Below are positions 24,453 through 36,075 of a stretch of 64,000 bases of DNA, one piece after another. Numbering within the stretch: the first letter of the stretch is position 1; each line of letters opens with the position of its first letter. A program made the translations under genes and the position numbers. The DNA comes from Camelus ferus. Lineage: Eukaryota. Below the pieces are notes generated by a model. The model was not told the DNA's origin. It made no database searches and was given only the letters and a program-made list of their open reading frames with translations. The stretch spans positions 20,336,001-20,400,000 of the forward strand of contig NC_045732.1 in NCBI RefSeq assembly GCF_009834535.1, read 5' to 3'.

Positions 24453-24790
24453 CCCGCACAGCCGGGCCTCGACTTTCTGGTCTCCTCAAAGCGCTCCTGG
24501 CGAGCAGGGAACCGGGCGCGCCCACCTGGGCAGGGAGAGGGCAGGAGTCGGGCAAAGGCGCGTTCCGGCAGTCGGGATACGCAGGGAGCTCCTCGCTCAC
24601 CTGGCCTCCTCCTCTTCCCCGCCCTCTCTCTAGCAAATCAGTCCAGCCGGCCCTCGAACACGCGCACCGTTCCCTGAGGAAGATGACAAACACGGGGCAC
24701 AGAAATCCCGGGGTGCGCCTGGGCTCTCCTCACTTGCTTCCAACCCGGGTCGGCTGCCTCAGCTCCATCATTCCTGTGCTCGCCGCCGCC
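24453..24790 (-). other. NHS: Predicted NHS 5' UTR with short GGC/CAG triplet runs
   Basis: GC-rich sequence between the ATG and a TATA-like element at 24818-24825. TSS inferred ~30 nt downstream of the TATA. Triplet runs at 24779-24815. Confidence 0.55.
24730..24771 (-). other. Candidate upstream ORF MMELRQPTRVGSK* in the NHS 5' UTR
   Basis: Minus strand ATG ATG GAG CTG AGG CAG CCG ACC CGG GTT GGA AGC AAG TGA. These are the only ATGs between 24790 and the main start. Confidence 0.45.
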
Positions 24791-24817
24791 GCCCCGGCTG
24801 CTGCTGCCGCCACCGCC

Positions 24818-24825
24818 TATATAAA
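24818..24825. promoter_or_regulatory. TATA-like element (TATATAAA on +, TTTATATA on -)
   Basis: The only conspicuous TATA-like stretch near exon 1, ~365 nt upstream of the NHS ATG. Confidence 0.5.
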
Positions 24826-24828
24826 TGG

Positions 24829-24878
24829 GCGTGTGTGTATGTGTGTGTGTGTGTGCGCGCGCGCGCGCGTGTGTGTGT
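24829..24878. repeat. 50-nt alternating purine-pyrimidine tract (GT)n-(GC)7-(GT)n, Z-DNA prone
   Basis: gcgtgtgtgtatgtgtgtgtgtgtgtgcgcgcgcgcgcgcgtgtgtgtgt read directly. Confidence 0.9.
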
Positions 24879-27800
24879 CTGGGTGGGTGGGTGTAAGTGT
24901 GTGCGCGCGCCTCAGTTTGAAAGTACCCCGGCGCAGGCCTCTCCCCGCGCGCCCCTCGGCCGCTCCGGGGAGCAACTGCGCCCGGGATCTATCTCCCTCT
25001 CTGGGCGGGGAGGAGGTTTCGGAAAGGCGCTTTGAAAAACCCGGAGAGAGGAATCCGCCTCCAGCCCAGGCGCAGGAGGCGGCGCGGGGGCGGCGGGGCG
25101 GACGCAGGGCGGGGGAAGGCCAAGGCGAGGGGGGCGCAGCGCCCTGTGCGGCCGCTGGGAGTCACTGGTGGCCTCACCGTGCCTGGCGCGTTCCGACGCA
25201 AAAAACACTTCCTCGCCTCTGAGGGGTTAGGATTGAGACTGTCAGTGTGGCCTAGGCGCAGAGTCCTCACATTGGGGTTGGGGGTTGTGGGCAACGAGCG
25301 CAGAGGCAGGAGGGTGGGGTATTGGGGATGCAGCAGGTCTGGCATGCTGGAGCAAGTTGCTTTGCCGAATTCCAGCTCTAAGCAAGTCCTTTGGGTTCTT
25401 AGCAGGGAAAACTGAGCTGCCCCTTGGAGTGCCCCAGGCTCTGTGCTCGCTGAGACACAGCTGGGGAGGGTGACCAGCCATGGGAGCATCCTGGTGCAGC
25501 CAGGGTGGCCAGGGTGCTGTTTATACCCCCTTCCCAGGCATCCCTCGGCCGCTGCGCTGGGCCGGGTCTCTATAGAATATCATGAATGAGACCCAAAACA
25601 CCCATGAGCAAAACCCCCAGAAAACTGCTTGCAAAATTCATTGACACGTTAGGTGAGATAAGCCTGATGACCTCCCTGTCCCCTTACTGTGCTGATCAGA
25701 TACAGGGATGTTAAAGTTCTCCATCAGAGAGCTGATGATTCACAGAAGAAAGGAGAGCTTTCCCCTTCAGTTAACTGCAAGGTATAATTTCTAAAAAGGC
25801 ATGTACAGTATTTCGATTACAGCAGTCTACAGGCTGGATGCCGTCAGCCTAAAACTGAAAAAGCGTTTGAGAAATGTTAATAAAATGCATGCTTTCGTCC
25901 CTCCAAAAAGAATACTATAAAAATATTTTTTATTGTAAAGCCACAAGCCAGATCTTGGGAATGCAGACTTCATTTCATGTGTCTAAAGAGAACATGGAAA
26001 AAATATGTTTTATGGCAACAATAAAGTCCTCCAGACCTGTGGTGCTGTCTCCTCTCCCCCCTCCCCGCCTTTAGTGGAAGCCTGGGCAAAGCCCCACACT
26101 CAGCAGTCTGGACTGGCCCATACTTCAGTTATAAAGTCTTCAACAGACCCCTCTCTTATTCTACCTCAAAAAATAACATTTTTGGCAAGGGAGTGTCCCT
26201 GTTTATAAAAGACCCAGGCTGGGGATCTGGGGGTAATGGGTCATGATGTCTGCAAGGTACACGTAAACAAGAAGCATGATGATAATAAACATGTAGCAAC
26301 AAGAAGAATGATGATAATAATGTATATGGACAAAGAGGGAGGAAAAAAAAGAAAATATGATGAAAGGTACAAAATAGTGAGTCTAGGTAAAGGGCGTTTG
26401 GGATTTGTCATACATTTCTTGCAACTTTAAATTTGGTTTTGTTTCCAAATAAAAAGTGAAAAAAGGGGGACAATATTTGGGGAAAGGGTCTTTTAGGAGA
26501 TTTTTTTAATCTCACAAACCTAGAGAGCTTTGAGCTGGCTGTTTTCAAATTTAGCTTGACTTCTGAATATGTTCACAATTCTCAACATGAGGTCTGCTAG
26601 GTAGCCAAACTATATATTCCACCCTAAACCCTGTGAGGCAGAAAGAACAATCAGGGGCATTTAAAGGCATCCATTTATAGGGAGCCTTGTGGCAGGTGGA
26701 CCCTGACTGTCACTGCCCCTCACCCAGCACTGTCCTATTTACAGCATTCAGGGGCCAGTGCAGCGAGTCCAGCTGAACACTACCAAGGGCCATGAGTGGG
26801 ATGGGGCTCTCATTCCTAAGGGGAGCTTCGGATTATTGGGGGATTTCCTACCTGGGCCAGAGGACCCCTCTCCACCTGAGAGAGGTGACTGGAGGGAAGG
26901 GCTGAAAAGTCCCACGAGAGGGGGAGTTCTCATCCACGCCCAGAAGGGGTAGGATTCCAGGGGGTAATTAAGTCCGACAACAGGCTAACTACCTCAATGT
27001 CTGCTCCGAAGTGGTCAGCAGACCCTCAAGTCAAGAATTCAAGATGATTCAAAGTACAGATCAGCTCTTTGTAATCTCCTGGACTCCTGGTCGTGTGCTA
27101 ATAAAGCCATTTGGGTCAAAATGCAAAGCTTTGCTCTTGGCTTTTGATCACCATCGGTCTCACTGCCCTCAGCCCTCTGTTGGTAGTCTGCATTGACCTC
27201 TCCAAGGTCACTTTAGTTTTTTATTTTTGCTTACTCTGAAGGACAACTTTCCTTTCAAAGTCACCAAAAATAAAACTAATACAAATAAAAATATTCATTA
27301 ATACCATGAGTTGATGTGTTTCTCAGTCCACTGTAAGGTGTGAATACTGGCACTTTTAGAAAAGTGATTGTTAGACATCCGAGAGATTGTCTAAATAAAA
27401 AACAGTGAGCTAGCTATGCAAGGGCAGCTTCAGACAACCCCAGGCCTCATCTGCCCTGCCCACTTCAAGCTCCACCCCCACCCCACAGTTTTCCTATGGT
27501 TCCTACTTTTAGAACTAAACCACTAAAATCAATCAGTGTAGCCGCCCCATGCCATCATAATGGGGGTACATGAATATTCCTAATGCTAAGGAGTTTCCTA
27601 TACGTTCAGGAGCTGGGTCTCTCTTATTCAAATCCCCGATGGCCCCATCAGACTCCGAGATTTCCCACAAAAAGCTCTGATGGAATCAAGGTTGATATCT
27701 GAAGCCAGACTGTTCTATCTACTTCTGTGTGTGTTGATCTCTCCCGATCACATACCATCCCCCAACCCATGTACACACATTTATCACCCTAATCTTGCAG

Positions 27801-29155
27801 CCAAAGTGGAAAAGGCAACATTTAAAAATGACCCCATTGCCTAATACCTAGCAGTCATTCATGCAGCTCAAAGGCCAGCAAAGTTCCCCTATAAAGTCAA
27901 ACATTCGGTCAGTATAAGCCTTATGCCATTGTAAAGCGAACGAGGTATCCTGTTTCACCACGCCCCACAGTTCAACCCCTGCCTGCCTCGGCCCAGAGGG
28001 ACAAGGTCTTTGTTGGAGCAGAGGCCTGGCATGGGGAAGCCACAAAAGGCAACTCTGCCCTCAGCCTGGCTCGCCTCCCGTTTGCACGGAACTGTAGTCA
28101 AGCTTCCTCTAGAACCTCACAAGCATCAAGGCAGAGATTTTTGAAAGGTTCCTCACCAAAAATCTCTGTTCTGTTTCAAATATCCCAGCATCCGTGCTGC
28201 ACCATCATTAGTTATACTTGAAAAATATTTCTTTTGTCTAAGAAAATTCCAGGAGACACATGGGCTTGTTAGCATAATCGTGTAATTATAGTGACTGAAA
28301 TCTCCCTTCCTCCACCCAGTTGCACCTATTCCTCACTTCCCCACTGTTGTTCCCTCCCAAAAGCCCTGCTAAGTACAAAGCTGTTAAGTAAAAAATATTT
28401 TCAATACTTTCATTGGGCAAAACTATGAGCCTCCCATCCCCACCCAAGTTACCCAAACCATTTCAGATAGAAAAATATAGCTAGTTTACATAAGGAAAAA
28501 GCAACAATTTGAAAGTAAACAAGTATGGTTTGTTCATAAAGCGTAGTGTTAAAGTATCTTGTAATGGAGGTGCATTATACTTGCCAAAGGAGGAAGAGCT
28601 GATTCGAGAGTCTGCGGCAGCGGTGGTTGGTGGGGAGGGAGAGGTGGCCATTTGGGGGAAACTCCTGGAAAGTAATATGGTTCACATTCAAGTAGAACCC
28701 CTTTGGGGAGCTCATGATTATCGTATACTCAAACTGCACCCACAAATAAAGTTATAGCACAGAAAAACACCTGGAGGGCAAAATAAAAGCTGAAGATGAC
28801 AGAGCCGTGAAACATATGGAAGGAAGGCATTGGCAGAGCCAACAGAAAGGCTGCAGAAGATGTCACTGGCCCCTCTCTCCTCCCCATCAGCAGGCCAGGA
28901 CCTCATGCTCCCAGGGGGGCTCTCCCCAGCTTTATGTTAGTTACTGAGCTCTGAGATTCACCAACTCCCTCTCTCCCTTAGCTGTGCTGGTTCCCATGAG
29001 GAAGCCACTAGCCCATGGTCATATGCCATCCCATTGGAGGGAGAATGCTTTCTCCCAGATCTATGGCTTACAGCATGAATGTAATGTCCAAGGCCTTCAT
29101 GGCTTAGTTTCTCAAACTCAAAAGTCCAAGTTCTTCCAGTTCAAGAGCCTTAAAT

Positions 29156-29225
29156 TGTGTACACCAGAAACTGACACAACATTGTAAACTGACTATACTT
29201 CAATAAAAATATATCTTAAGAAAAG
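29156..29225 (+). mobile_element. Very short young L1 3' tail
   Basis: tgtacaccagaaactgacacaacattgtaaactgactatacttcaataaaaa, same tail as the element at 12728. Confidence 0.75.
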
Positions 29226-29789
29226 AACTTTAATTCGGTCTTGTGTATCCATGTTCCCAGGAAAAAATTCATTAATGTATCAAAATATGAAGCCACACAC
29301 AAAAAAATGAAGCCACTGTACCCATAATCTCAGAACCCTGCATATTGACAACTATCATGTGTAAAGTTTTCAGGGTAAAAAAGACTATATAATGCTACTG
29401 AAGGGTTTCCTTTGTTTTCATTTGTGCTTTTCTTCCTCAAAAATCCCCATCTAGTCTGTAAGTATGCAGGACAGAGGTTTCTCTCTGCATTTAACTGAGG
29501 GGGAAACATAGGCAGGGAAAAAAATCATGCTATTAAATGGTTTTCCCAAAATGCCAAAGACTGCAAATCCAACCAGCCCTTTTTATCTTCCCTAAAGGAC
29601 TGTTGATTACTCACATTGTTTTCAACGGCAGAGATTTTGACTTCTTTCTTATCTTCAAAAATCCTAGCCTCACATTTTACAACTGAATATAATTTTCAAC
29701 ATGCCAAATCTGGATTTGGTCAGAACTGCACATACATCAAAATAACTGACAGAGTTAAAGCAGATGGTGATAGCAAACAACAAGGGAGT

Positions 29790-30060
29790 TTCATTCACTG
29801 ATTCGTTCCTCTGGTTATGCAACAAACATTTACCGGAAGCCTTATTTACTGAGTGCGAACATTTATTGGGTGCTCAGGCCTCTGTTAGCTGCCAGGGATA
29901 TAAAAGGAAAGAAGACATAAACATCGCTATCAAAAGGTAGAGTCTAAGAAGGCAGATAGACATGTAAACAAATAATGGTCGTGCAATGCCAGCAAGCTCT
30001 AATAGAGATAAGAATTAAGTGCTATCCTGAATCCCTAAGCGATTAACACTGTCTGGGGGG
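29790..30060 (-). mobile_element. L2 3' fragment
   Basis: ttcattcact...caacaaacattta...ctgagtgc...aggcagatagacatgtaaacaaataat. Confidence 0.6.
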
Positions 30061-33029
30061 AATACAGACTGGAGCAGGGATTTCTAAAAGCAACACGGGT
30101 TTCAGCGCTGCTTCTTACAGCTTAGAAACAGAAAGACTAAAGCGGAGACCAAGCATCACCGCTTGGTTAAAAGCACAACAGGGTGGCAGAAACTGAGACC
30201 CTCCAATCGGCTGCGGGAGAAGATGTGCTTTTTAACGAGAAGCATTAAATGGTATTTCCAACAAATCTTTACAAAATCCTGCAAACCAGTTGGTGGGAGA
30301 AAGAATGTGGAAATTATGTTGCTTTTTTTTTAAGCTGACTTGAATTTTTCACTCTTTGGCAGGGCTCAGTTTATAAAGAGGAAGTGGATTTTTAATATAT
30401 TTACTCTAAAGCAGTGTCTTCGATGGGGTAAAATGAACCACCCTCTCTGGAGCACATGGCGCTAATAAAGCCAAACAGCCTTTCCCCAAGGGTTCATAAG
30501 CTTAACCCCCAACCTCCGTGCCTCCCCACCCCCATTTTTTTTTTGACTGTTCAGAATTTGCTCTCTGAGCACCCTTCTGTGATGAAAACACCCAGCGCTG
30601 GCCTTGACCCAGAGGAAGTGCTTTTGACTGTGGTGGTCCTGAAATAAATCAGCGCTTTTTGAGAGGAACTTGAGGGAGTAAATTCTGCAACTCACAGTAT
30701 CAGTCTGGGATGGAGTCCTTGTGAACGGCAGAGGCAGCAAACTTCAAACTTTATCAAGATCGCAGTGCTCATTAAGGAAGTGAAATTAAGCCAGATTTGA
30801 AGGAAAGCGCTGTAGTANNNNNNNNNNNNNNNNNNNNNNNNNNNNNNNNNNNNNNNNNNNNNNNNNNNNNNNNNNNNNNNNNNNNNNNNNNNNNNNNNNN
30901 NNNNNNNNNNNNNNNNNNNNNNNNNNNNNNNNNNNNNNNNNNNNNNNNNNNNNNNNNNNNNNNNNNNNNNNNNCAGGCGCTGGAAATAGCTACGGTTCAG
31001 CCTGATTTGTGTCTCTTCCTCCTCCCCCTCCCCTTGTCTCCCTCTATTTCCTTTACAAGATCAGGGGGTCAGGGAAGAATACAAACCTTGTATTAATGAT
31101 AAGAAATTGGGTGCAAGAAAGTTAAAACTTCCTGAAGCTTAATGATTTCCCTACATCGGTGTTGGATTTGCCAAGACTTGTATAATAGTGTGTTCTTTCC
31201 GCCTCCCAGGCTGTTAAATGGTAATGGTACAGCAGTGACATGTTAGTAAATCTAATAAGAAAACCGGAGAATAATGTATTTTATGTGGGTGTAGAACAAG
31301 TTAACATCCCCATAGGAAGCTCACCGAGATAATAATATATGATATTGCATTCAACTGGCTATAACAAACAAACAAAAAACCCAGTATCTAGCCAATTAGC
31401 AATAAAGGGTGAGAGCCTGGCTCTTTGGAAAGAACTGTTACACCCTTCGGATCAACCTGACTCACAAATCTACTTGCAGAAATGGTGTCTGGCCAGGGAG
31501 AAGGATGCTACTGGGGTGAGGTAAGTATTTTGGGGTCAGGATATTTGACCCAGTGCCTCCACATCAGTATAACCAAAAAGTACAGCCAATTTTTTGTATG
31601 GATGGAGAACACAAAGGCTCAGAAATGGTCAACGTGCTAATTCAAACCCAGCATGACCACTCAGAGAAAGAACCCTGTTAAGGAAAATCCAGAATTCTTG
31701 GCACAAAAGCACTTTACTGGACTGACCAGCCTTTAAATTGTGGCCAAGACGACCCTTGATGGGAAAGGTGATTTTGTCAGCGGGAGATTTTAAATAAAAA
31801 ATGTCACTGAAATTAACTTCCGTAGCCCTTTTCATATTTGCACATGAACTACAGGGCTCCTGGGATCAAAAGTGAGACAACCAACCAGCCATGCCTCTTA
31901 AATTATTTTTCCGGAGGTGTTTTCTTTCTCCACCTCAATTGTAAAGATCCAGGAATAACAGCCCAGTGAACAAAGTAGACATTTTTATTTCTCATCCTGT
32001 CTCAATGGTCTCATAATGGGTTCAATAAGAGTCTGGAAGTAATGAAAGTTTCTCCACAGAGAAACACAAGACTCACCATAAGGAGCGACAGCGCCTAGGA
32101 GTCTCCAATGGTAACGGCAACACTAGCAGAAACATTGCAGGAGTCCGAATTTCCGCCTTAAAAGAAAGAGGAGAATCACTAGTGTACAACTGGACTTTTA
32201 GGCCATTAAGACAAAAATAAAAGTTGTCCAAAATTCTGTTGAAAAATAAGTGGTAACAAGTACTTGGATTACGGCTCATTTTAATTTTTTTTGAAACATG
32301 TTTCTAGTATTTCCTACGGACTTCGAGGAGAACTTCAGCCCTGGTCACTAGAAAGTCATACTAAAAGGATGGGGAAGGAGAAAAAGAGAAAAAAGAGAGT
32401 TGAGGGGTTTAAGTTATTTTCCTTTTTAAATTTTGCCTCGATTTGTCCTTCAGAGAGAGTGTATTCACTGTTAACCACCCATAGCCTTGCGCAGCTTTGT
32501 GACAAAGGCAGACGTTGTCATCTGTCTCCCCGCTCTCCCTTTCTCCTCTTCTGGCAGAATCTCGATTTTGTTCCATGCAGCAGTGGTACCAGCCAATCTG
32601 CTCCCCATCTTAGACTCCCTTCAGGGTTGGCCAGATGATGCATTTCTGGATAAAGACATCTACATGGACATCTGCTAGAGGTTTCTAGGAATGTTGTTGC
32701 TTTCCCTATACAGGTGCTGTCCCTTCCCACTTCTTCCTTCTTCTTTGGCCCTGGAGAATGGACTCTGAGGCTGAGAGGGAAGGGCTGTCCTAGGACTGTG
32801 ACGTACATGAGGATGAAAGCAAAGGAATAAGGCTCTTGGAACGTAAATAATGGAGCAGAGCACTCTCCCAGACCTGGCCTCCCCCTACTCCAGATTTCTT
32901 GTATTGTGAAAAAAAAAATAGCCCCCTATTTGGGTCAGCTACTACACATGCAGTCAGATGCAGTTCTGACTAATAGGAGTATCGAGTCCTTACAAAGCAT
33001 TGCTCCAACATTCAGGATAGCAGGGCTCT

Positions 33030-33170
33030 GGATCCTGCTCATTCATTCAGTCATAGACGTCATTCAACAAACAAATACCTACTGTGTGTCTGTGACTGTT
33101 CTAGGAACCAAGGAATCATCTCTGAATTAAACAAAGACCTGCCCTCAAGGTGTTTCCCTTCCAGTTAAAC
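33030..33170 (-). mobile_element. L2 3' fragment
   Basis: cattcattca...caacaaacaaatacctactgtgtgtct...gttctaggaacca...aaagacctgccctcaagg. Confidence 0.6.
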
Positions 33171-33221
33171 AGCATTAAATAATCCTTGTCCAATAACAGT
33201 TTATGTATTAAGAACATGGTT

Positions 33222-33510
33222 CTAGTCCAGTTATAAGTAATAGGGATGTAATGTACAACATGATGAACATAATGAACACTGCTGTATGTTATATATGAAA
33301 GTCGTTAGAGTAAATCCTAAGAGTTCTCATCACAAGAAACAAAATTTTCCTAATTCTTTAATTTTGTATCTACAGAAGATGATGGATGTTCATTAAACTT
33401 ATTGTGATAATTATTCCATGATGTATGTAAGTCAAATCATCATGCTGTGCATCTTAAATGTTTACAGTGTTATATGTCAATTACATCTCAATAAAACTGG
33501 AAGAAAAAAA
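33222..33510 (+). mobile_element. L1MB-like 3' end
   Basis: gatgtaatgtacaacatgatgaa...aaatcctaagagttctcatcacaaga...tgtcaattacatctcaataaaactggaagaaaaaaa. Confidence 0.75.
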
Positions 33511-33557
33511 GATGATTCCAGTGGGTTCATATACTTAAAATAATAAAAAATGACGTC

Positions 33558-33967
33558 TGTAGCAGATGACGTCGATTCCCTTCCAGAATTCCTTCACCTG
33601 GCTGGAGCACTCAGCCCCACACTGCTGTGGATGTTGGCTGCTCGTAGCTACAACCTGCTCTGGAGGATTTCCTGTATCTCACTAGAGCCACTGGAGAGGT
33701 TACATCCTCCCAGAAGGGCAGCCTACAGCCCATGACTCAATGGTACAGTGTGGATACACTCTGTGCTGGCATTCACACTCCAGAGCTCTTTGTGGGATGA
33801 GGCTGAGGTTGCCTTTTGCTGAATCCACATCTTTGCTGAGCTCCTTCCCCTGCCAAACCTGCTTCCCTCACACCTCACATGTTCCGCCCCAAGAGCTCTC
33901 CCTCACTACATCACCAGCACCAAACACTCTACCTCAGGTTCTGCTGTTGGGAACTTGACCTAAGACA
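33558..33967 (+). mobile_element. ERVL LTR16-like solo LTR
   Basis: TGTAGCAGA...ctacctcaggttctgctgttgggaacttgacctaagACA. Confidence 0.65.
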
Positions 33968-34329
33968 GTGTCTATCTCCATTTTTATTTAATCAATAGAG
34001 TATAATTTTTTCATTTTCCCCGTTTGAACAAACCATCTGAAAACTTTCTGATTTGAATTAATGTTTGTAGAAGTTAGAGGGGCTTACTTATAACTCACAG
34101 TTTATCATCGTTCAGTTGAACACAGCTAGCCACCATTTTGATTTTGACCAGTAAAACATCCTAATTGTACTAACTAATAACAACAAACCATTTAATTTTC
34201 ACCCTCAAGTGACCACCAGATAAGAAAGGATGCATAAAGCTTCTTAATACTGGAATATCATTTCATGAGAAGTATAAAAACAAGAAAAGTTATGAAAATC
34301 TCCTCTAGATCATAGTCAATGGATCCAAA

Positions 34330-35320
34330 TCTTTCATTTTTCATTTTTTTAATTGAAATATATAGTCAACTTACAATGTGTCAATTTCTGGTGTACAGCA
34401 TGTTTCAGTTGTACATACATATACATACATATATTCCTTTTCATATTCTTTTTCATTATAGGTTACTACAAGATATTGAATGTAGTTCCCCGTGCTATAC
34501 AGAAGAAACTTGTTGTTCATCTATTTTATATATAGTAGTTAGTATTTGCAAATCGAACTCCCAATTTATCCCTTCCCATCCCCTTTCCCCCCAGTAACCA
34601 TAAGTTTACCATATCTGTAAGTCTGTTTCTGTTTTGTAGGTAAGTTCACTTGTGCCTTTTTTTAATTTTTGGATTCCATATGTGAGTGATATCANNNNNN
34701 NNNNNNNNNNNNNNNNNNNNNNNNNNNNNNNNNNNNNNNNNNNNNNNNNNNNNNNNNNNNNNNNNNNNNNNNNNNNNNNNNNNNNNNNNNNNNNNNNNNN
34801 NNNNNNNNNNNNNNNNNNNNNNNNNNNNNNNNNTTTATCCAGTCCTCTGTTGGTGGACATTGAGGTTGTTTCCATGTCTTGGCTATTGTAAACAGGGCTG
34901 CTATGAACACTGGGGTGCACGTACCTTTTCAAATTAGAGTTCCCTCCAAATATATGCCCAGGAGTGGGATTGCTGGATCATATGGTAAGTCTATTTTTAG
35001 TTTTTTGAGGAATCTTCATACTGTTTTCCATAATGGCTGAACCAAACTACATTCCCACCAGCATAGTGTAGGAGGGTTCCCTTTTCCCCACACCCTCTCC
35101 AGCATTTATTGTNNNNNNNNNNNNNNNNNNNNNNNNNNNNNNNNNNNNNNNNNNNNNNNNNNNNNNNNNNNNNNNNNNNNNNNNNNNNNNNNNNNNNNNN
35201 NNNNNNNNNNNNNNNNNNNNNNNNNNNNNNNNNNNNNNNNNNNNNNNNNNNNNNNNNNNNNNNTGCTTGTTTAGGTCTTCTGCCCATTTTTGGATTTTTG
35301 TTGTTGTTGTTAATTAAGTT
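34330..35320 (-). mobile_element. Young 5'-truncated L1 (ORF2 C-terminus + 3' UTR)
   Basis: Antisense [28 protein letters not shown] (L1 ORF2 C-terminus). 3' UTR of the same family as 12728. Confidence 0.9.
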
Positions 35321-35432
35321 GTATGACCTACTTATATCCATTTTGCATTTACATTTAGTGGGAATAAATACTATCCACACTGTGATTTGTTATGCTTATA
35401 AATAATAGCACCAAAACTTTCCTCTCATATTA

Positions 35433-35745
35433 TGTCTTAGTTGGCTCAGGCTGCCATAACAAAATACTATAGATTGGGTGACTTGAACAATAGAAATTTA
35501 TTTCTCACAGTTCTAGGCTGGGAGTCTAAGATCAGGGTGCCATCATGGATGGATTCTGGTGAGGACCTTTCTCCTGGTTTTTAGACTGCCTTCTCCGTGT
35601 GTCCTCATATGGTGGAGAGAAAGGGCTTGGTGTTTTTTTCTTCCTATAGCACTAATTCCATCTTGTGGGCTCCAACCTAATGACCTCAAGTAAACCTAAT
35701 CACTTCCCAAAGACCCCCCACCTCCAAACACCATCACATTTTTTT
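35433..35745 (-). mobile_element. MaLR MLT1A-C-like LTR (partial)
   Basis: tgtcttagttggctcaggctgccataacaaaatactatagattgggtgacttgaacaatagaaatttatttctcacagttct. Confidence 0.85.
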
Positions 35746-35749
35746 TAAG

Positions 35750-36075
35750 AGGACACTAATGAACTCATCTCCAAAACAGAAAGAGGCTCGCAAACATAGT
35801 AAACAATTTTATGGTTACTGTGGGAAAGGGATAATTTGGGAGTTTGAGATTTGCAAATGTTAGCCACTATATATAAAAATAGATTTGAAAAAACAAAAAC
35901 AAGTTTATTCTGTATAGCACAGGGAACTGTATTCAATATCCTCTAATAACCTTTAATGAAAAAGAATATGAAACCGAATATATGTATGTTTATGTATGAC
36001 TGGGACATTGTGCAGTACACCAGAAATTGACACATTGTAACTGACTGTACTTCAATTAAAAAAAATAATAAAAAC
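35750..36075 (+). mobile_element. Young L1 3' end abutting the MLT1
   Basis: aatgaactcatctccaaaacagaaagaggctcgcaaacatag...ccagaaattgacacattgtaactgactgtacttcaattaaaaaaa. Confidence 0.9.

Larger units (their letters stand above)
22640..25570. promoter_or_regulatory. CpG island covering the NHS promoter, exon 1 and first ~1.3 kb of intron 1
   Basis: Dense CpG and high GC in otherwise CpG-depleted DNA. GC boxes (GGGCGG) near 25003, 25087-25100 and 22945-22950. Confidence 0.9.

Noticed and set aside
24371-25222. 283-aa + strand ORF and other long ORFs over the CpG island (24213..24677, 23109..23645, 22602..23129, 24989..25489)
   Set aside because: Stop-poor GC-rich DNA antisense to or overlapping NHS exon 1. 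The translations are low-complexity Arg/Pro/Ala/Gly and include translated microsatellite (CVCVCARARV).
26266-26320. 23-nt duplication with period 32 (aacaagaag.atgatgataataa), superficially CRISPR-like spacing
   Set aside because: Only two low-complexity copies in a mammalian genome with no cas genes; a simple slippage duplication.
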